From contig CAYUEH010000001.1 in NCBI GenBank assembly GCA_964442465.1, forward strand, positions 1 to 62,717: a stretch of DNA of 62,717 bases. Direction: 5' to 3'. How positions within the stretch are numbered: position 1 is the first letter of the stretch; every line of letters starts with the position of its first letter. The notes beneath the pieces were generated by a model. It did not search any database. It had not been told where the DNA came from and saw only the letters and a list, made by a program, of their open reading frames with translations. A program made the translations under genes and the position numbers. Origin of the DNA: an uncultured Laspinema sp. Its GTDB lineage: Bacteria; Cyanobacteriota; Cyanobacteriia; Cyanobacteriales; Laspinemataceae. Shown here one piece after another: positions 60,755 through 62,717 of the stretch.

Positions 60755-61710
60755 TGGGAGGCGATCGGGTGGGTAGCCGTTAACCGATCGCCGCTAAGAA
60801 AAGGGGCATTCTTGGATGTTGAGTTTGGTGGTGAGTGACCAAGCGCCTCCAAGGAAAGGGCCATCTTCTTCACCGCCAATAGGACCCTTGTGGGGGTCGG
60901 GGCCAGTTGTGCTTGGGGTTTAGTCGGGGGATCGGTTTGGTAGCAGTTGACCAATCGCCTCCAAAGAAGGGGTCATTCTTGGACGTTCGGTACCGATTGC
61001 CGATCACCCCACACGACGGGGCCATTTTTTACAAGAACCAGAAGGGTTGCCTGCCTGTTGGGAGGCGATCATTCCGTCGCTGACCGATCGCCCCGAAGAA
61101 TGGGCCATCCTTTTTAGTCCAGTTCATTGCTCACAGACCGATCACCGCCAAGAAAAAGGCCATTCTTGGACGTTGAGTTCGGTGGTGAATGACCAAGCGC
61201 CTCCAAAGAAAGGGCCATTTTCTTTCTCGCCAATAGGATCACTTCATTTGGGTTTGGGGCCATTTGTCCGGGAGATTCACTCGGGCGCTCGTTTTGAGGG
61301 CAGTGGACCGATCACCTCATAAGGAAGGGCCACCTTTTCCATCGCCAATAGGAGCGGCCACTCTATTGTGATTCAGGGCCAGTTGTTCTGGGAATTCTTT
61401 CAGGCGATCGGTCTGACGCTGACCGATCGCCCCGAAGGAATGGGCCCTCTTTACCCTCGCCAATAGGACCACTCTTGGGCTTGGGAGCAGTTGGGGAAAG
61501 TGATTCTCTCAGGAGATCGGTTGCTGACAGTTGACTGATCCCCTCAAAGGAAGGGGCCTTTCTTGGACGCTCAGTTCGGGATTGGCTAACCGAACATCTC
61601 GAACCAAGGGCCATTTCCCTTTGAGATTAAGGGTTCTGCCCCAAAAAACGGGTCAAACTTTCTCCCGTTGAGGGTTTCGGCGAGGACAAAATTTTAGAAA
61701 TGAAGCAGCC
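60755..61710. repeat. third ~115-120 bp hairpin repeat array, ending in the boundary motif
   Basis: GGCGATCGGTC-TGACGCT-GACCGATCGCC at 61403-61431; AATAGGA anchors near 61232, 61347, 61462; 61575-61710 resembles 49617-49755. Confidence 0.85.
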
Positions 61711-61780
61711 TTGGTCGCAGATGGCCTCTGGCGTGGGCGCTTGCCTCAAGGATTAAATCGGTTGGCCAACTACTCTACAC

Positions 61781-61811
61781 TTTTCAAGTGCTCAAAATGA
61801 GCACTTGAAAA
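61781..61811. repeat. perfect inverted repeat TTTTCAAGTGCTCA-AAA-TGAGCACTTGAAAA
   Basis: 14-bp arms; lies in a ~60 bp unit repeated at about 62072-62134. Confidence 0.85.
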
Positions 61812-62175
61812 ACGAGCGCCCCCATCCGAGCGCTTATTGAATTCATCCTTGGTCCCTCGTAGGCAGAGGAAAATTTCTCATTTGCAAGGGTTTTGACCGG
61901 CGATCAGCTACGGCATAACTTCGGCTTAGATGGGGCGAGCGCCCATAAGTGTTGGCTTTGATAGTTCCTACGTGGATAGTTCACAGTGGGCATCCGCCCG
62001 AGTGAGTCGAGGTGGGAGTTTAGGGGCGATCGAGTAGAACAACTTGTCACCCAGGCCCAGAGATTTGGTCTTCCACACTTTTCAAGTGCTCACTTTGAAC
62101 ACTTGAACAACGAATGCCCCGATCAGAGGGCTTGAGCAGATATTCTTTTTCCGTTGAGTTTGGTACTGGGTGACC

Positions 62176-62199
62176 GGTAAGCGCCGCTATGCCGTAGGC
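62176..62199 (+). repeat. 24-bp HIP1-inserting repeat within a ~117 bp repeat unit
   Basis: GTGACC[GGTAAGCGCCGCTATGCCGTAGGC]AATCGCC versus the empty consensus GTGACCGATCGCC. Confidence 0.72.
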
Positions 62200-62291
62200 A
62201 ATCGCCCCCAAGAATAGGCAATTTTTTTCCCAGGAAGATAGGGGGATTCTCAGTTGAGTTGAAGGCATTTGTCCTGGAGGTTCTGATACAT

Positions 62292-62717
62292 TTACGCGAC
62301 ATTTATCCGGCAATTCCCGGACAATGCAACGATAGCACTATCACCTTCAAAGGTGATAGAGGCGGTATCCCGCAAAGCTTTTAGAAAGATTCCAAAAGCA
62401 CCGTTCCAGTCTCTGGGTAGAGTGAACCCACACTCAGGACATCGGAACACTTTTGAACCACCTAGCTTGGAATGAACGTGACCACAGTGAGTACAGGTTT
62501 TGCTGGTGTATTCTTCGGTCACATCCACAACTGTGGTTCCAGTTATTTCCGCTTGGTGTCTCAGGGTTAATTTGAATCGATAATGCGCCCAAGTTAGCAT
62601 TGCTCGGGCAGTCTTGGACCTGATTTTCCGCTTCACCTTGGCAACCATATCGGAAGTCTCGAAGGTTGGCAGAAAAATTAGGCTGTAGTTGTGAGTCAAG
62701 TAGTGAGCAATTTGTTT
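62292..62717 (-). CDS. tnpB: TnpB RNA-guided nuclease (IS607/IS605-type), 3' part
   Basis: LPTFETS, WAHYRFK, EEYTSKTCTHCG, FRCPECG, RDWNGA; 5' end lies beyond the window. Confidence 0.88.
   Translation of the reverse strand, partial: KQIAHYLTHNYSLIFLPTFETSDMVAKVKRKIRSKTARAMLTWAHYRFKLTLRHQAEITGTTVVDVTEEYTSKTCTHCGHVHSKLGGSKVFRCPECGFTLPRDWNGAFGIFLKALRDTASITFEGDSAIVALSGNCRINVA

Noticed and set aside
60682-61614. Short ORFs in the repeat arrays (also 11379-11786, 12830-13054, 48607-49199)
   Set aside because: Chance frames across degenerate repeats with inconsistent frame and strand
1-62717. tRNA/rRNA genes, prophage or integrase
   Set aside because: None recognised by inspection; tRNAscan-SE and HMM searches would be needed to exclude them formally

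Overview
62.7 kb accessory region from a filamentous cyanobacterium (inferred from abundant HIP1 GCGATCGC sites and typical cyanobacterial gene families). A short + strand block (HTH regulator, PAS-like protein, GNAT, SDR; 424-4241) is followed by a series of almost entirely minus-strand defence/signalling modules: (1) a Trypco1 / trypsin-vMAP / MoxR / vWA(SAV_2336)-STAND ternary system; (2) an unknown protein, a caspase, an EAD10-like STAND protein and a split EAD10-like STAND + WD40 pair, where the caspase and both STAND proteins share a RHIM-like GKYxVNI...(I/L)(Q/H)IGD motif; (3) a four-gene DISARM-related system (SNF2 helicase, N6 methyltransferase, 2135-aa DEAD/DUF1998 helicase-nuclease, RelE-like-UvrD); (4) HNH / sigma factor / DUF1822 / TPR-CHAT; (5) a ~2700-aa haemagglutinin-CHAT gene split by IS630. 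Most module boundaries carry decayed copies of the 3' parts of the GNAT or SDR genes and/or non-coding ~115-120 bp hairpin repeat arrays, suggesting a cassette-accumulating hotspot. Also present: a complete ISKra4-type IS, a partial TnpB gene and a 24-bp element that inserts into HIP1 sites. All family calls are from motif recognition by eye; no database searches were run.
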